Origin: an uncultured Alphaproteobacteria bacterium
GTDB lineage: Bacteria > Pseudomonadota > Alphaproteobacteria > CAWBKL01
Assembly (NCBI GenBank): GCA_963789405.1
Contig: CAWBKL010000005.1
Span: 98,088 to 162,087, forward strand
Length of the DNA: 64,000 nucleotides
Direction: 5' to 3'
How positions within the stretch are numbered: the first letter of the stretch is position 1; every line of letters begins with the position of its first letter. Made by a program: the position numbers and the translations under genes. The notes under the pieces were generated by a model. That model was not told where the DNA came from. It made no database searches and saw only the letters and a list, made by a program, of their open reading frames with translations. This document shows positions 19,368-30,543 of this stretch, piece after piece.

Positions 19368-20646
19368 GCGCGTTCATGGTGCGGCCGATCACACTGTCGG
19401 CTCTCGCGCAAATCCTGATCGCGGCTTCGGACATGCGCGCGACCTTGGCGGGATCGGCGAACAGCGCGGCGACTTCGCGTGCAAGCTGATCGCGCCCGAT
19501 CACCTGGGTCGCCGCCCCGGCCGCGGCAAGCTCGCGGTAGATCGTGATATTATTATCTGTGTGCGGACCGTAGAGAATGGCACTGTTGAGCCGGGCCGGC
19601 TCGAGCGGATTGTGCCCGCCATTCGGCACCAGCGTTGCGCCGACAAAGACGATGTCGGTGGCACGATAGAACAGGCCCAGCTCGCCCAGCGTATCGGCGA
19701 TATAGATATCGGTTTTGGGTGTGATCGGTTCGCCCCGCGAGCGCAGAGCCACTCTGTGCCCCATATCGGCCAGAAGCTCGGCGATCTCGTTGCCGCGCGC
19801 CGGATGCCGCGGCACAAGCAGGGTAAGCACTTCCGGCAGTTGCTCTTTCAAGCTTGCATGCACATGGCCGGCGATCAATTCCTCGCCCTCATGTGTGGAG
19901 GATGCCAACCAGACAGTGCGGCCGCCGATCACGCTCTGCAACTCTTCCAGCGCGCTTTCATCGGACGAGAGCGGCGGTGCGGCGTATTTCAAATTGCCGA
20001 TTATGGAGACATTGCGCGCGCCGAGGCTCTCAAGCCGCCCGACAATGTCGGTGTCCTGCGCAAGACAAAGATCGAAGACCGAAAGCATGACTTTGGCAGG
20101 CCCGCGCGCCTTGAGCCATCGGTTGAATGAGCCCTGCGACATGCGCGCGTTCAGCAGCGCCATGGGAACGCCTCGCTCGGCCGTGCGTAACAGCAAATTG
20201 GGCCACAATTCCGATTCCATGAATAATGCCGCGTCCGGTTGCCAGTGGTCAAGGAAGCGGCCAACGGCGCTTGGCGTATCGAGCGGAACGAACTGGTGGA
20301 AGGCGCCTTCAGGCAGGCGTTGCGACAGAAGCTTCGCTGATGTCAATGTTCCGGTGGTCACCAACACGGATGTGCGCGGAAAGCGCGCCCGCACGCGGTC
20401 GATGATCGGCAGGGACGAGAGCGATTTGCCGACGCTTGCACCGTGAATCCACACAAGTGATCCCTCGGGTCGTTCGAGCCCGGCATGGCCAAGGCGCTCG
20501 CCCAATCGCGCGGGATCTTCCTTGCCGCGTTTGACGCGTGCGTTGAGCCAATAGGGAATGGCGGGGGCCAGTGCATTGCTGAGCGCCCGGTATAGGCTGA
20601 GGCGCAGCGAAGGTGCACTCTGCCGGCCGATCAGCGGCGCGCTCAT
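19291..20646 (-). CDS. kdtA: 3-deoxy-D-manno-octulosonic acid (Kdo) transferase
   Basis: 451 aa product with WaaA/KdtA N- and C-terminal glycosyltransferase signatures (LVWIHGASVGKSLSSLPII… HGGHNPLEPARL…). Confidence 0.8.
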   Translation of the reverse strand: MSAPLIGRQSAPSLRLSLYRALSNALAPAIPYWLNARVKRGKEDPARLGERLGHAGLERPEGSLVWIHGASVGKSLSSLPIIDRVRARFPRTSVLVTTGTLTSAKLLSQRLPEGAFHQFVPLDTPSAVGRFLDHWQPDAALFMESELWPNLLLRTAERGVPMALLNARMSQGSFNRWLKARGPAKVMLSVFDLCLAQDTDIVGRLESLGARNVSIIGNLKYAAPPLSSDESALEELQSVIGGRTVWLASSTHEGEELIAGHVHASLKEQLPEVLTLLVPRHPARGNEIAELLADMGHRVALRSRGEPITPKTDIYIADTLGELGLFYRATDIVFVGATLVPNGGHNPLEPARLNSAILYGPHTDNNITIYRELAAAGAATQVIGRDQLAREVAALFADPAKVARMSEAAIRICARADSVIGRTMNALEPLLSQSLEGPAASLSGTPVRARA

Positions 20647-21465
20647 GTCGCGCTCGCTGCGAATTGGCGAGCGACGGGAACAGGGTCGGGTTCGATCGCT
20701 GTTACACCGACAATGCGGTCGGCCTCACGCGTTACGCGGTTGATTTCGGCTTCGATTGCTGTGCGCGCCTGTTCGATGGCGTCGAGAATCGGCATCGCGC
20801 CCTACAAAGATCGGGTCGCCGATCACGAAGGCGCCACGTGAAAACGGCAGCGGAACGATAAACCTGTCCCAGCTCGACATCACACGGCGATTGCTGACCG
20901 ACACGGAGATCGGAAACACCGGAAGCCCAGTCAGTCGCGCAAGCGCGACTACCCCTGCGTTCGCGCGCATGCGCGGTCCGCGCGGGCCATCGGGCGTGAT
21001 GGCGAGGCCTTCACCGGCTGCAGCAAGCTTGGCCATGTTCAGCATCGCCTGCACGCCGCCCTTGGAGGATTTCGCGCCGCCCTTGGCTTTGTCACCCGCT
21101 GAACCGCGGACTGATTTCACACCGAAATGTGTGATCATGTCGGCGATCAGGCTGCCGTCGCGATGATTTGAGATCAGCATGTTGAGCGGCATGGTCTTGG
21201 TGCGCCAGCCATAGGGCATCATCGCGAGGCGGCCATGCCAGAACGCGCCGATAATCGGTTTGTCGTTGTCCCAATAGGTGCGCGCCGGCGCTTCGTTGAC
21301 GATCGTCCAGCTGCTTGTCGCATGAACAAAGCGGATATAGCTCGCGAGCAGCCAGCAGGCGAGATCATGCACGAGCTTGCTCTTGAAGAGCTGCTTGAGA
21401 AATCTGGGCGAGCTGCGCTTGACGCGCACGCGCGGTCGTTTGAGTGGCGTGGCGCTTTGTTCCAT
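20644..21465 (-). pseudogene. Lysophospholipid acyltransferase family protein (DUF374), frameshifted near 20810
   Basis: The DUF374 body (…IGAFWHGRLAMMPYGW…LAITPDGPRGP…) runs 21465..about 20815. The real C-terminus (…PILDAIEQARTAIEAEINRVTREADRIVGV…SAT*) continues in the +1 frame and ends with TGA overlapping the kdtA ATG (ATGA at 20643-20647). The start ATG overlaps the msbA stop at 21465. Confidence 0.6.
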
Positions 21466-23328
21466 CAGAGCGCCACCAGCGCGCGAGGTCCCGTTTCGGG
21501 AGCTTCGGCGTCCTTGCGAAATTGGCTCTGATAGAGCGAGGCATAAAGCCCGCGTTGTTTGATGAGCTCACTGTGTGTGCCGCATTCGCGAACAACGCCC
21601 TCGTCGAGGACATAGATTCGGTCGGCGGCGAGAATGGTCGAGAGCCGATGCGCGATAACGAATGTCGTGCGGCCCTTCATCAGCTTTGCGAGCGCTTCCT
21701 GCACACGGGCTTCGGACCGGCTGTCAAGCGAGGACGTGGCTTCATCGAGCAGAAGGATCGGGGCGTCGCGCAGAAAGGCGCGGGCGATGGCGATGCGTTG
21801 GCGTTGCCCGCCTGAGAGCTGGCCGCCGGCCTCGCCAACGCGAGTCGCATAGCCGCCCGGGAACGCGGATATGAACTCATCCGCTGCCGCAAGCTCGGCG
21901 GCCTCGACGATATCGCCTGTGCCGCCATAGGCAATGTTTGCTGCGATCGTGTCATCGAACAGTGTTGCATCCTGTGCGACGAGCGCCATGCTCGCGCGCA
22001 ATGATGCGATCGTCACGCCACGGATATCCTCCCCGTCAATGCTGATCCGTCCCGTGCCAACCTCGTAGAAGCGCAGAAGAAGATTGAGGATTGTCGTCTT
22101 GCCTGCGCCCGACGGGCCAACCAGCGCAACCGTCTCGCCGGGCTTTGCCTCAAGGTCGACATGGCTCAGAGCAGCGATCTCACGCCCGTATTTGAACGAC
22201 ACGTCCTCAAAGCGCACATGCGCGCCGCCGTGCGAGGAAAGCACAAGCGGCTGCGCACCGGCCTGATCGGCTATCGCAGGCTCAATATCGATTTGGCTGA
22301 ACAGAGCTTGTCCGCCGCACGAAGGCCTTGTGCCATTTGCGTTGGCAACGCGCTGATAGTCCGCATCGGCTGAAACGCCAGCAACATCGTGGTGATGAAG
22401 GCCATGAAGTGTGCGCCGTCGAGATTGCCAGCAAGCACATTCGTGCCGCCGTAATAAAGCGCAGCGGCAATGCCGACGCCGGCCAGCGCATCGGTCATCG
22501 GCGCAGCGCCATAGCCGGCCTGCTGCGCTTTGAAGAAATAGCCCGTGCGCGCGTCGATCAAAACGCCGGCGCGATCGGTCTCGCGGTCTTCTTGGCCATA
22601 GGCTTTGACGATGCGGATGCCAGCCAATGTCTCGGCGACTTGCTTCGCAAGCTTGTTCGTGCTCGCGATCGAGTTGCCCATTGCCTTGCGCGCGACTCTT
22701 CGAGAGCTGGCGCGTCATCGTCGCAATCAGCGGCGCGACGATGCTCGCGGCCAAGGCAAGCTTCCAGTCGGTCCAGAACATCAGGCCGATCAAGCCGGCC
22801 GCAGTGGGGATGTCGCGGAACATGCGCGATGAGCGATTGGATAATCGAAGTGCCCAGAAGGCTCGAGTTCTGCAAAAAGTTTGTCTGATGCGTGCCCGAG
22901 TGATCCGCGCCGAGATGCGCCAGATCGGCATGCATGAGCGAGCTGTAGAGGCGCTTCTGGATACGCACCACGCATCTTCGCGAAACTTCCGCGAGCAGCA
23001 CGTTTTGGGCATAGCCGGCCGCCGCTCTCGCCAGCGTAACGCCGAGCATCGCGAGCGGAATGAGCAAGATCATACGCCGCTGGTGGGCAATGACGCTCGC
23101 CTTGATCGCCGGATCGAGATGCCTCACATCGGTAAAGATTGATTCGAACGCCGGCAGCAGCAGGCGAACCGTGGCGAGAGTCGCGCCGGTTACGATCAGC
23201 ATGCACAAGATTGCAATGCCAATGCGTGCGGCCTCGGGCTTCAAATATTGGCGCGCAAGGCGGCTGAGCACCGGCCAGCCGCCACGCTCCGGGGCCTTGG
23301 GGCTCTGATCAAGCTCTTTCTGTGTCAC
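21465..23328 (-). pseudogene. msbA: ABC transporter ATP-binding/permease (MsbA-like lipid A exporter), at least 3 frameshifts
   Basis: An N-terminal 6-TM domain (22558..23328 frame), a mid segment (22271..22681 frame: TLAGIRIVKAYGQEDRE…) and the NBD with Walker A/ABC signature (VALVGPSGAGKTT…LSGGQRQRIAIARA…) lie in three different frames that tile one msbA gene. Confidence 0.65.
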
Positions 23329-23420
23329 GCCCTAAACTTTTCCGAACCAATGCGCCGCCAAGCCTAGCATGCACCGGCCGCACTCAAAAACCCATTGATA
23401 TTCCAGGTTAATTTTTCCCG

Positions 23421-23660
23421 TCAGGGGAGCCCTTCTTCTGCTCGAGCATCGGGCTCCAGCAGCCTGTGCAGGTGAACGATGAAATACCGGGTCTGGGCAT
23501 CGTCCACGGTCCGTTGGGCGGCGCCACGCCAAGCCTTATAGGCCGCATCGTAGTTGGGGAAGATACCGACGATATCGAGCTTATTGAGATCGGCGAAGGT
23601 GATGTTGTCGAGGTCGGCGAGCTTGCCGCCAAAGACGAGATGCAGAAGTTGCTTCGCCAT
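23421..23660 (-). CDS. DUF4170 domain-containing protein
   Basis: About 80 aa product (MAKQLLHLVFGGKLADLDNITFADLNKLDIVGIFPNYDAAYKAWRGAAQRTVDDAQTRYFIVHLHRL), a conserved alphaproteobacterial small protein. Confidence 0.5.
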   Translation of the reverse strand: MAKQLLHLVFGGKLADLDNITFADLNKLDIVGIFPNYDAAYKAWRGAAQRTVDDAQTRYFIVHLHRLLEPDARAEEGLP

Positions 23661-23670
23661 GCTGCCTCCG

Positions 23671-24457
23671 TCAGGTACGGGCCCTTTGATCCACGCGCCG
23701 CTTGAGCTCTGGATACAGGCCGGGGCCGGCGGCAATATAGCCGCGTAGGATCGGGTTCGGCTTGTTATAGAGAAGAGCCTCGCCGTCAAGCCCGGTCATA
23801 AGGCCGCCGGCCTCGCGCACGATCAAATCGCCTGCAGCGATATCCCATTCGTGGCAGGAGAATACGCGTACGCTGCCGTCGCGCGCGCCATTTGCGATAA
23901 GACACAGCCGGTAGGCGATCGAACCTGGATTATCGAGCACCATTGTTTCCGGCCAAGGCTCCGGCCACGAGGAATGCGTGTAGAATTCTTTAGGGCCCAT
24001 GAGCCGTGCGTGATTGAGCGCGATGCAATCCGATGCCCGCAGCGGCTCGCCGTTGAGCTGCGCGCCGCCACCAATCGAGGCAACAAAAGTCTCCTCGGTC
24101 ATTGGATTGACGATGACCCCGGCAATCGGCCTGCCATGCTCGATCAAAGCGCCGCACACCGTCCATTGCGGCCTTTGGCGTATGAAGGCACGCGTGCCGT
24201 CGATGGGATCGACAATCCAGAGCTCTCGCCTTGCCGATTCGCGCCGCGTCATCAGCCGTCTCTTCCGAGAGCCAGCCATAGTCCGGCCGTGCCTCGCGCA
24301 GACGCTGCTTGAGAAGCTCATCGACCGCGAGATCAGCTTCGGTAACAGGTCCCTGGCCGCGCTCTTTATCCCATACGCGCGCGCCTTTGATGTAGTAGTC
24401 GCGCGCAATGTCCGCTCCGGCCTCAACCGCACTTTGCAGGAGCGCAATATCGTCCAA
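23671..24457 (-). pseudogene. Inositol monophosphatase family / 3'(2'),5'-bisphosphate nucleotidase (CysQ-like), 1 frameshift near 24235
   Basis: The N-terminal part is in the 23990..24457 frame (…GQGPVTEADLAVDELLKQRL…GWLSEET…). The C-terminal part is in the 23671..24447 frame and carries the metal-binding motif WIVDPIDGT. Confidence 0.6.
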
Positions 24458-24469
24458 GGAGCGCTTCGC

Positions 24470-25830
24470 TCACGTGCCCGCGACCGTCATGCCATCGATG
24501 CGCAAGGTCGGCGCGTTTACGCCGCGCCGGAACTCGAGATCGTTCGCCTGCGTCATATTACGAAACATTTCCTTCAAATTGCCGGCGACGGTTATTTCAT
24601 TGACCGGATAGGCGGGTACGCCGTTCTCGATCCATAGCCCCGAGACGCCAACGCTGTAGTCGCCGGTTACAAGGCTGACATTGGGCCCGAATGTCGAAGT
24701 GATGTAGAGGCCGGATTTGATATCTGCCATCAGCTCCTTGGGCGACATCTTTCCAGCCACCATGTGCAATTGGTGGGCGATGGGTGCGGCGGGCCGCCGG
24801 TTCCGCGGCCGGCTCTGCCATTGCTCTTGAGACCGAGCTGGCGCGCCGAAGACGAATCGAGAATCCAGGTCGTAAGCGTACCCTCCTCGATCAAGGTGAT
24901 CGGTGCGACAGCGGCGCCTTCGCCGTCGAAGGGTTGTGATCTGAGCCCGCGCCTTCTGCAGCGGATCGTCGATAATGGTGATGTGCGTCGCCAAAGATCT
25001 TCGTGCCGAGAGCGCTCTTCAGAAAGCTTGTCCCGCGCGCGATCGCTGTGCCGGAAATGGCACCCGAAAGCTGGCCGAGAAACCCGCCAGCCAGCCGGTT
25101 CTCGTAACACGATCGATGCCGATTGGCTCTTAACCTTGCGTGGGTGAAGGGCGCGCAGGGCGCGTGCGGCAGCGGTGCGGCCGATTTCTTCAGGTGACGG
25201 CAGGTCACTTCCGAAGATCTTGGCGATGCCCTCGCTCTCGACCTGCATGTCGGCCCCTTCGCCGGCAATGACGGAGCAGCCGATCGACGAGGAGGAGCTG
25301 GAATAGGCGCCCCTGAAGCCATCCGAGGTTGCAAGCGCGATCGTTCCGCGCCCCCAGCTGGCGGATGCGCCTTGTGAGTTGGTGATGCCCTCGGTTTCGA
25401 GCGCCGTGGCCTCGGCCGCTTTGGCGCGCTCGACCAACTTTTCAGACCTGGGCTCGGCCGGATCAAAGAGATCAAGATCCGCCACCGATTGTGCCAGGAG
25501 CGCCGGATCGGCCAGGCCGCAGAACTTGTCCTCCGGTGCGATCCGCGCCATGTCGACGGCGCGCGCCGCCAACTCGCTCAACGCCCCATCCGAAAGATCC
25601 GTCGAGGACACAAAGGCTTGGCGTTTGCCGATGAACACTCTGAGGCCGCAATCCCCGCTCTCTGAACGCTCGAGGTCCTCCAACCGGCGCAACCGGTAGG
25701 AAGTCGCAACTGACACGCTTTCGTAGATCAGGGCATCGGCGGCATCGGCCCCCGCGGCCTTCGCGCGTGCGATAAGCCGGTCGAGGATTTCGACCAGGTG
25801 CTTCTCTTCGAGCTTGGGATCCTCATGCAT
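24470..25830 (-). pseudogene. pmbA: Metalloprotease PmbA/TldD family (PmbA-like), multiple frameshifts
   Basis: N-terminal two-thirds in the 24730..25917 frame (MHEDPKLEEKHLVEILDR…), then …FDGEGAAVAPITLIEEGTLTTWILDSSSARQLGL…, and the C-terminus (…VAGNLKEMFRNMTQANDLEFRRGVNAPTLRIDGMTVAGT) in the 24470..24994 frame. At least 2-3 indels. Confidence 0.6.
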
Positions 25831-26067
25831 GCCTGGATTCCCTCGGTTGGATCGTGGCTGACGGCCAAGCTTTGCACGACTTGACGCACCCGCGACAAGC
25901 CCAGGTACCGACGGCAATTGTTGGCCTGAGCCGTTGATAATATGAGGCGTCTTGAGACGCCGCGTTCAAGTGCCTTGTTACGTTTGCAACGGAGCCCATA
26001 TTTGGGTTCCATGTGAGCCAATAACGGCCGGAGGATCCGGCCAATGGTTATGAGGGGAGGATGAAGC

Positions 26068-26614
26068 ATGCGGAATTTTCGCTCTTGGATAGGCTTGTGC
26101 GCGGCGCTGGCGCTTGCTGCTTGTGCAGCCGCTGGTCCCCTCTACGGGCCAGCGCAGTCGAACCTGTCGAGTTCACTCGGGTACCGTGATCAGGAGCTTT
26201 CTACCGGCGCCTATCAGGTCAGCTTTGTCGCGCCTGAGTCTGACAAGTCCATCGGACGCACAGAACTACGCAATTCTGCGTGCCGCAGACCTAACCTTAG
26301 CCAAGGGGCACACCTGGTTCAGGCTCCTAACGGCGACGACCCGGAAGGTGGAAGTCCAGCCGCCCACACAAAGGCTACAACCGACCACCGCTCAGATGAC
26401 ATGCAATGCAGGCAGGACCCCCGCAGGCATGGGCTGCTCCTATGCTGACCAAGACAACACGGTTGCTGGCGTTCAGTTCGGCGCTGTTACCGGGGGGCTC
26501 AGCCGCATCGTTGCAACCGTGTCGCTGGTTATGGGCGATGGTACCAAGCCGGCCGGCGTCCAAGTATATGACGCGCAGGAGACTGCGACACGTTTGGCAG
26601 CGTTGAAGAAGTAA
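26068..26614 (+). pseudogene. Small lipoprotein (paralog A), 1 frameshift near 26240
   Basis: Lipobox signal MRNFRSWIGLCAALALAAC, then the conserved core …AADLTLAKGHTWFRLL…IVATVSLVMGDGTKPAGVQVYDAQETATRLAALKK in a second frame. Confidence 0.5.
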
Positions 26615-26753
26615 CGCCCCCAAGAGGCTTGATCCGGCGTAGGAAGGCTGGAAGAGTTGCGCGCCGGTCATGCGGCGTTCAGGTGCGGCCGTGTACGAGC
26701 CTGGACCGATTTCCAGTCGCTTCTGCGCGTCGCCCAGAAGCAGGAGGCGAGTT

Positions 26754-27259
26754 ATGCGAAACATTCGCGCGTTTGCGGCCCTCTTTGCTATGCTTCTCGT
26801 TGCAGCGTGCGTCTCCAGCGCAAGTCTCTATCGTCCGGCGACCTCGCCACGAGGTACCGGCTTCAGCGAGCAGCGAGTTCGGAGACCAATCGCTGGCGCG
26901 TGACTTTTACCGGAGGCACCTCGACGCCGGCTGGCGCGGTTGAGGATTTCGCCCTTTTGCATGCCGCCGACTTGACCCTGAAGATGGGTTTTGAATGGTT
27001 CACCGTGGCGGGGCGTGCAACCGTGCCGCAGACTTCGAACTATGGCCCGCGTTATTCGGGCCTGTATGGGCCGCCCTGCGGTGCCTTCGGTTGCAGCAGT
27101 GCGATCTACGGCGGCTTTTGGTACGACGATTACGAAAATCGCCTGTCGGCTTCGCTGGATATCGTCATGGGCAAAGGGCCCAAGCCGAGTGGTGCGGCCA
27201 CCTATGATGCGCGCGATGTCGCCGATACGATCCGTGCCCGCACCCGCGCCGGCTATTGA
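26754..27259 (+). pseudogene. Small lipoprotein (paralog B of 26068..26614), 1 frameshift near 26860
   Basis: Lipobox MRNIRAFAALFAMLLVAAC preceded by SD caggagg. The core …AADLTLKMGFEWFTVAGRATV…DIVMGKGPKPSGAATYDARDVADTIRARTRAGY is in a second frame and is collinear with paralog A. Confidence 0.5.
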
Positions 27260-27274
27260 GCCGTCGCCGCATCG

Positions 27275-29809
27275 CTAAGCGACCAGCTTGGCGCGCATGA
27301 AGCGTTTGAGCATTTCAAGTATCAGGATCACACCGGCGGCTGCTCCTAAGGAGAGGGCTAGATCGTGGGCGTGAAAGGTGCCGAAGCCGAAAAGCCGCTC
27401 GGCCGGCCCCCAAGTCACGGCAGCGCTGAGCGCGAGTGCAACGGCTGCCGCGATCAAGCCGAGCGCTAGATTGGGCCGGCGCAATTCGACCATCAGATTG
27501 CTTGCAAATGAGCGGTTGACCCAGACCAGTGCGAGATTAACGAGAACCAGCGTGACAAAAGTGAGCGCGCGAACATCGTCCGCAGGCATCTGACGCACAA
27601 CCCCGAAAAGATAGACCGCCGCGACGGCGGTCAGCGCAAGCAAGCCTGCACAAGCCCCCATAGCACGACATTGCGTGACAAAAGCCGGCTTCGTGGTGAG
27701 CGCGGCGGCCGATTCATGATGTCGGCTTCCTCACGCTCCGCTTCAAAGACGATCGAGCACACGGGATCGATCACCATTTCGAGAAACGCAATGTGCACGG
27801 GCAGGAGCACAATCGGCGCACCGATGAGCAGCGGCAACAGTGCGATGCCGGCGATCGGAATATGAATGGCGAAGATATAGGTCATCGCTTTGCGCAGATT
27901 GTCGTAGATGCGTCGGCCGAGGCGCACCGTGCGCACAATCGAGGTGAAATCATCATCCAGCAGCACGATCGAGGCGGCTTCGCGCGCGACATCGGTGCCA
28001 CGTCCGCCCATGGCAATGCCGATATCTGCCGCGCGCAAGGCCGGCGCATCGTTGACCCCATCGCCGGTCATGGCGACGACTTCGCCATCGCGCTTGAGGG
28101 ACTGGACGAGGCGCAGCTTTTGGTCTGGCATGATGCGCGCGAACACCGAAGTCTGTTTGACCGCATCGGCCAGCGCCGCGTCATCGAGCGTAGTGATTAC
28201 CGAGCCTTCAAGCGGGCTCTGCGCATCGAGACCGGCCTGCGTCGCGATCGCCTTTGCGGTCTGCGCATAGTCTCCGGTGATCATGACGACGCGAATGCCG
28301 GCATTACGGCACTGCTGCACGGCGTCGGGAACGGTCTCGCGCAACGGGTCGGCAAGGCCGACAAGCCCCAGAAAACGAAAGTTGAAAGCGTGCGGTGTGT
28401 CGGGTAGCTCTGCGACATCGCGTGCTTCGGCAATTGCAAGAACACGCTCGCCTTGCGCCGCCATTTCGTCGGCCTGCGCGCGGACTTTATGCCGCCTCGT
28501 CGTCAGGCAGCCGGCAAAGCGCGATCAGAGTTTCCGGCGCGCCTTTCACCGATACAAGGTGGTGATTGTTGCTGGTATCGCGCCACGCTTGGGTGACGGC
28601 CAACAGCTCGGGCCGCACCGGATAGGCTTGACGAGCTCCAGCGCGCCATCGGACTCAAGGCCGGTCTCATCGTGGAGCATATGAAACGCACGCTCCATGG
28701 GATCGAACGGCTCCGGCGCGCTCGCCAGCTTGCCGCGGTCGATGAGTGCCAGAAGCGATTCGGAATAAACATTGCTCGCGTCCGACAGCTTGAGCGTCTC
28801 ATCCGGTCGTGCGCAGCTCCACAATTGTCATGCGGTTCTGCGTTAGCGTGCCGGTTTTGTCGGTGCACAGCACAGTGACGGAGCCAAGCGTCTCGATCGC
28901 CGGTGCGCGCCGCGTGAGCACGCGCTCGCGCGAAAGACGCCACGCGCCCATCACCATGAAGACGGTGAGCACAAGCGGAAACTCTTCCGGCAGCATCGAC
29001 ATGCCCAGCGCAATGCCGGCCAGAAGCGCGTTGAGCCAGGAGCCCCTGAACAGGCCGAACAGCACAACAGCGAGCGAACAGCAGATCAGGCCGATAATGG
29101 CGAAGGCGCGCACAATCGCGCGCGTCTCGCGAGTCAATCGTGGTGTTGACGTCTCGATGCTGCCAAGGCTCTGGCCGATCTTGCCGATCTCGCTTTTGGG
29201 GCCTGTGGCCGCAACGAGTGCGGCGCCTTGCCCGCGCACAACAAGCGTCCCGGCGAAAACGGCATGCGCATCTTCGCCGCCCGGCGCAGGCATTTTGGCG
29301 TTGTCGGCATCCAGGGCACTTGGATGCTTGCGCACCGGCACCGATTCGCCGGTCAGAAGCGATTTATCAACCTCAAGATCACTACTCTCGATAAGCAAAG
29401 CATCGGCGGCGATGCGGTCGCCCTCTGCCATTAGGAGCAGATCGCCGCGCACCACCTCGCGGCCCGGAACGCGCACGCGCTCGCCATCTCTGATGACCAA
29501 AGCGCGCGGGCTTGTCAGGTCGCGTAGTGCCTCGAGCACATGCTCGCTTCTGACTTCCTGAATGATCGTGATCACAACTGAGATCGAGGCGAATCCCAGA
29601 AGAAGCAGCGCTTCGGTCTTATCGCCCAGCAAGAGATAGATGGCGCCCGCCGCCAGCAGCATACCGAACATCGGCTCACGCACCACGCTGAACGCAATGG
29701 CGGCAATTGAGCGTGCTCGCTGGCGCGGAAGCTCGTTCGGGCCTTCAGCCTTAAGACGCGCGGTGGCCTCAGCCGTGCTAAGCCCTCTCGCTCCCATGCC
29801 TTGTGTCAT
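27275..29809 (-). pseudogene. Cation-transporting P-type ATPase (Ca2+/Mg2+-type), at least 3 frameshifts
   Basis: Actuator/TM segment plus phosphorylation motif CTDKTGTLTQNRM (28799..29809 frame). Hinge region VAMTGDGVNDAPAL and TM7-10 (27631..28464 frame). C-terminal helices in the 27275..27661 frame. Confidence 0.65.
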
Positions 29810-29926
29810 TAACGAACACTTTCAGTCTGCAGCCGATTTCGGCAGCGAGCATGCCGATTCTCATTGAAGAGTGAGGTGAGGCAGATCATATCTTCAAGGG
29901 CCATGGGCAAGTGGGAGTAACCAGAG

Positions 29927-30529
29927 GTGAGCGGAACGGATGGTGAGGGGCCACTCACCTTTCTCGAAGTGCTCGACACGATCGACGGTGCGGGCAGCGC
30001 CGACAAGGTGCAGCTGGGCGAGATTCTCGACAAGTTCGGGCGCCGCGCTTTCGGTCCGTTTCTTTTGGTGCCCGCCCTTATAGCCATTTTGCCGGTGATT
30101 GGCATGCTGCCCGGCGTCTCGCTGGCAATGGCGGCCATCGAGATTGCGGTGGCGGTCGATCTTGTGCTGGGCAAGCGCGGCCTTCATTTGCCGAAGCGGG
30201 TACGCTCGCTCGCTGTGCCGCGCAAGGCCTTGTCGCGCTCGCTCGCGCTCACCAGGCCGTTTGCGCATTGGGCGGGCCGCTATGTGCACACGCGGCTCAC
30301 ACCCATTGTTCAAGGCGAAGCACGTTTCCTGGTGGGTGTGCTTGCGCTCTTGCTCGCCGTGCTCATGTTGATCGGCGCGCTCGTGCCAGGCGGCATCGTT
30401 GCGCCGGCGATTGCGATGATGATTCTCGGGCTCGGCCTCACTTCGCATGATGGTGTGCTGATCTTGGTCGCCCTTGCGTTGGCGCTGGGCAGCCTCGGCC
30501 TTGCGACGTGGTGGTTCCTGCTGCGTTAG
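29927..30529 (+). CDS. exoD: Exopolysaccharide synthesis protein ExoD family
   Basis: 200 aa product with the ExoD-like N-terminus (…LTFLEVLDTIDGAGSADKVQLGEILDKFGRRAFGPFLLVPALI…) and 4 TM segments. Confidence 0.65.
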   Translation: MSGTDGEGPLTFLEVLDTIDGAGSADKVQLGEILDKFGRRAFGPFLLVPALIAILPVIGMLPGVSLAMAAIEIAVAVDLVLGKRGLHLPKRVRSLAVPRKALSRSLALTRPFAHWAGRYVHTRLTPIVQGEARFLVGVLALLLAVLMLIGALVPGGIVAPAIAMMILGLGLTSHDGVLILVALALALGSLGLATWWFLLR

Positions 30530-30543
30530 CCGCCGCGCACCGC

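Noticed and set aside
19348-20446. + strand ORFs (260 and 243 aa) inside kdtA
   Set aside because: They are antisense shadows of the well-supported Kdo transferase gene.
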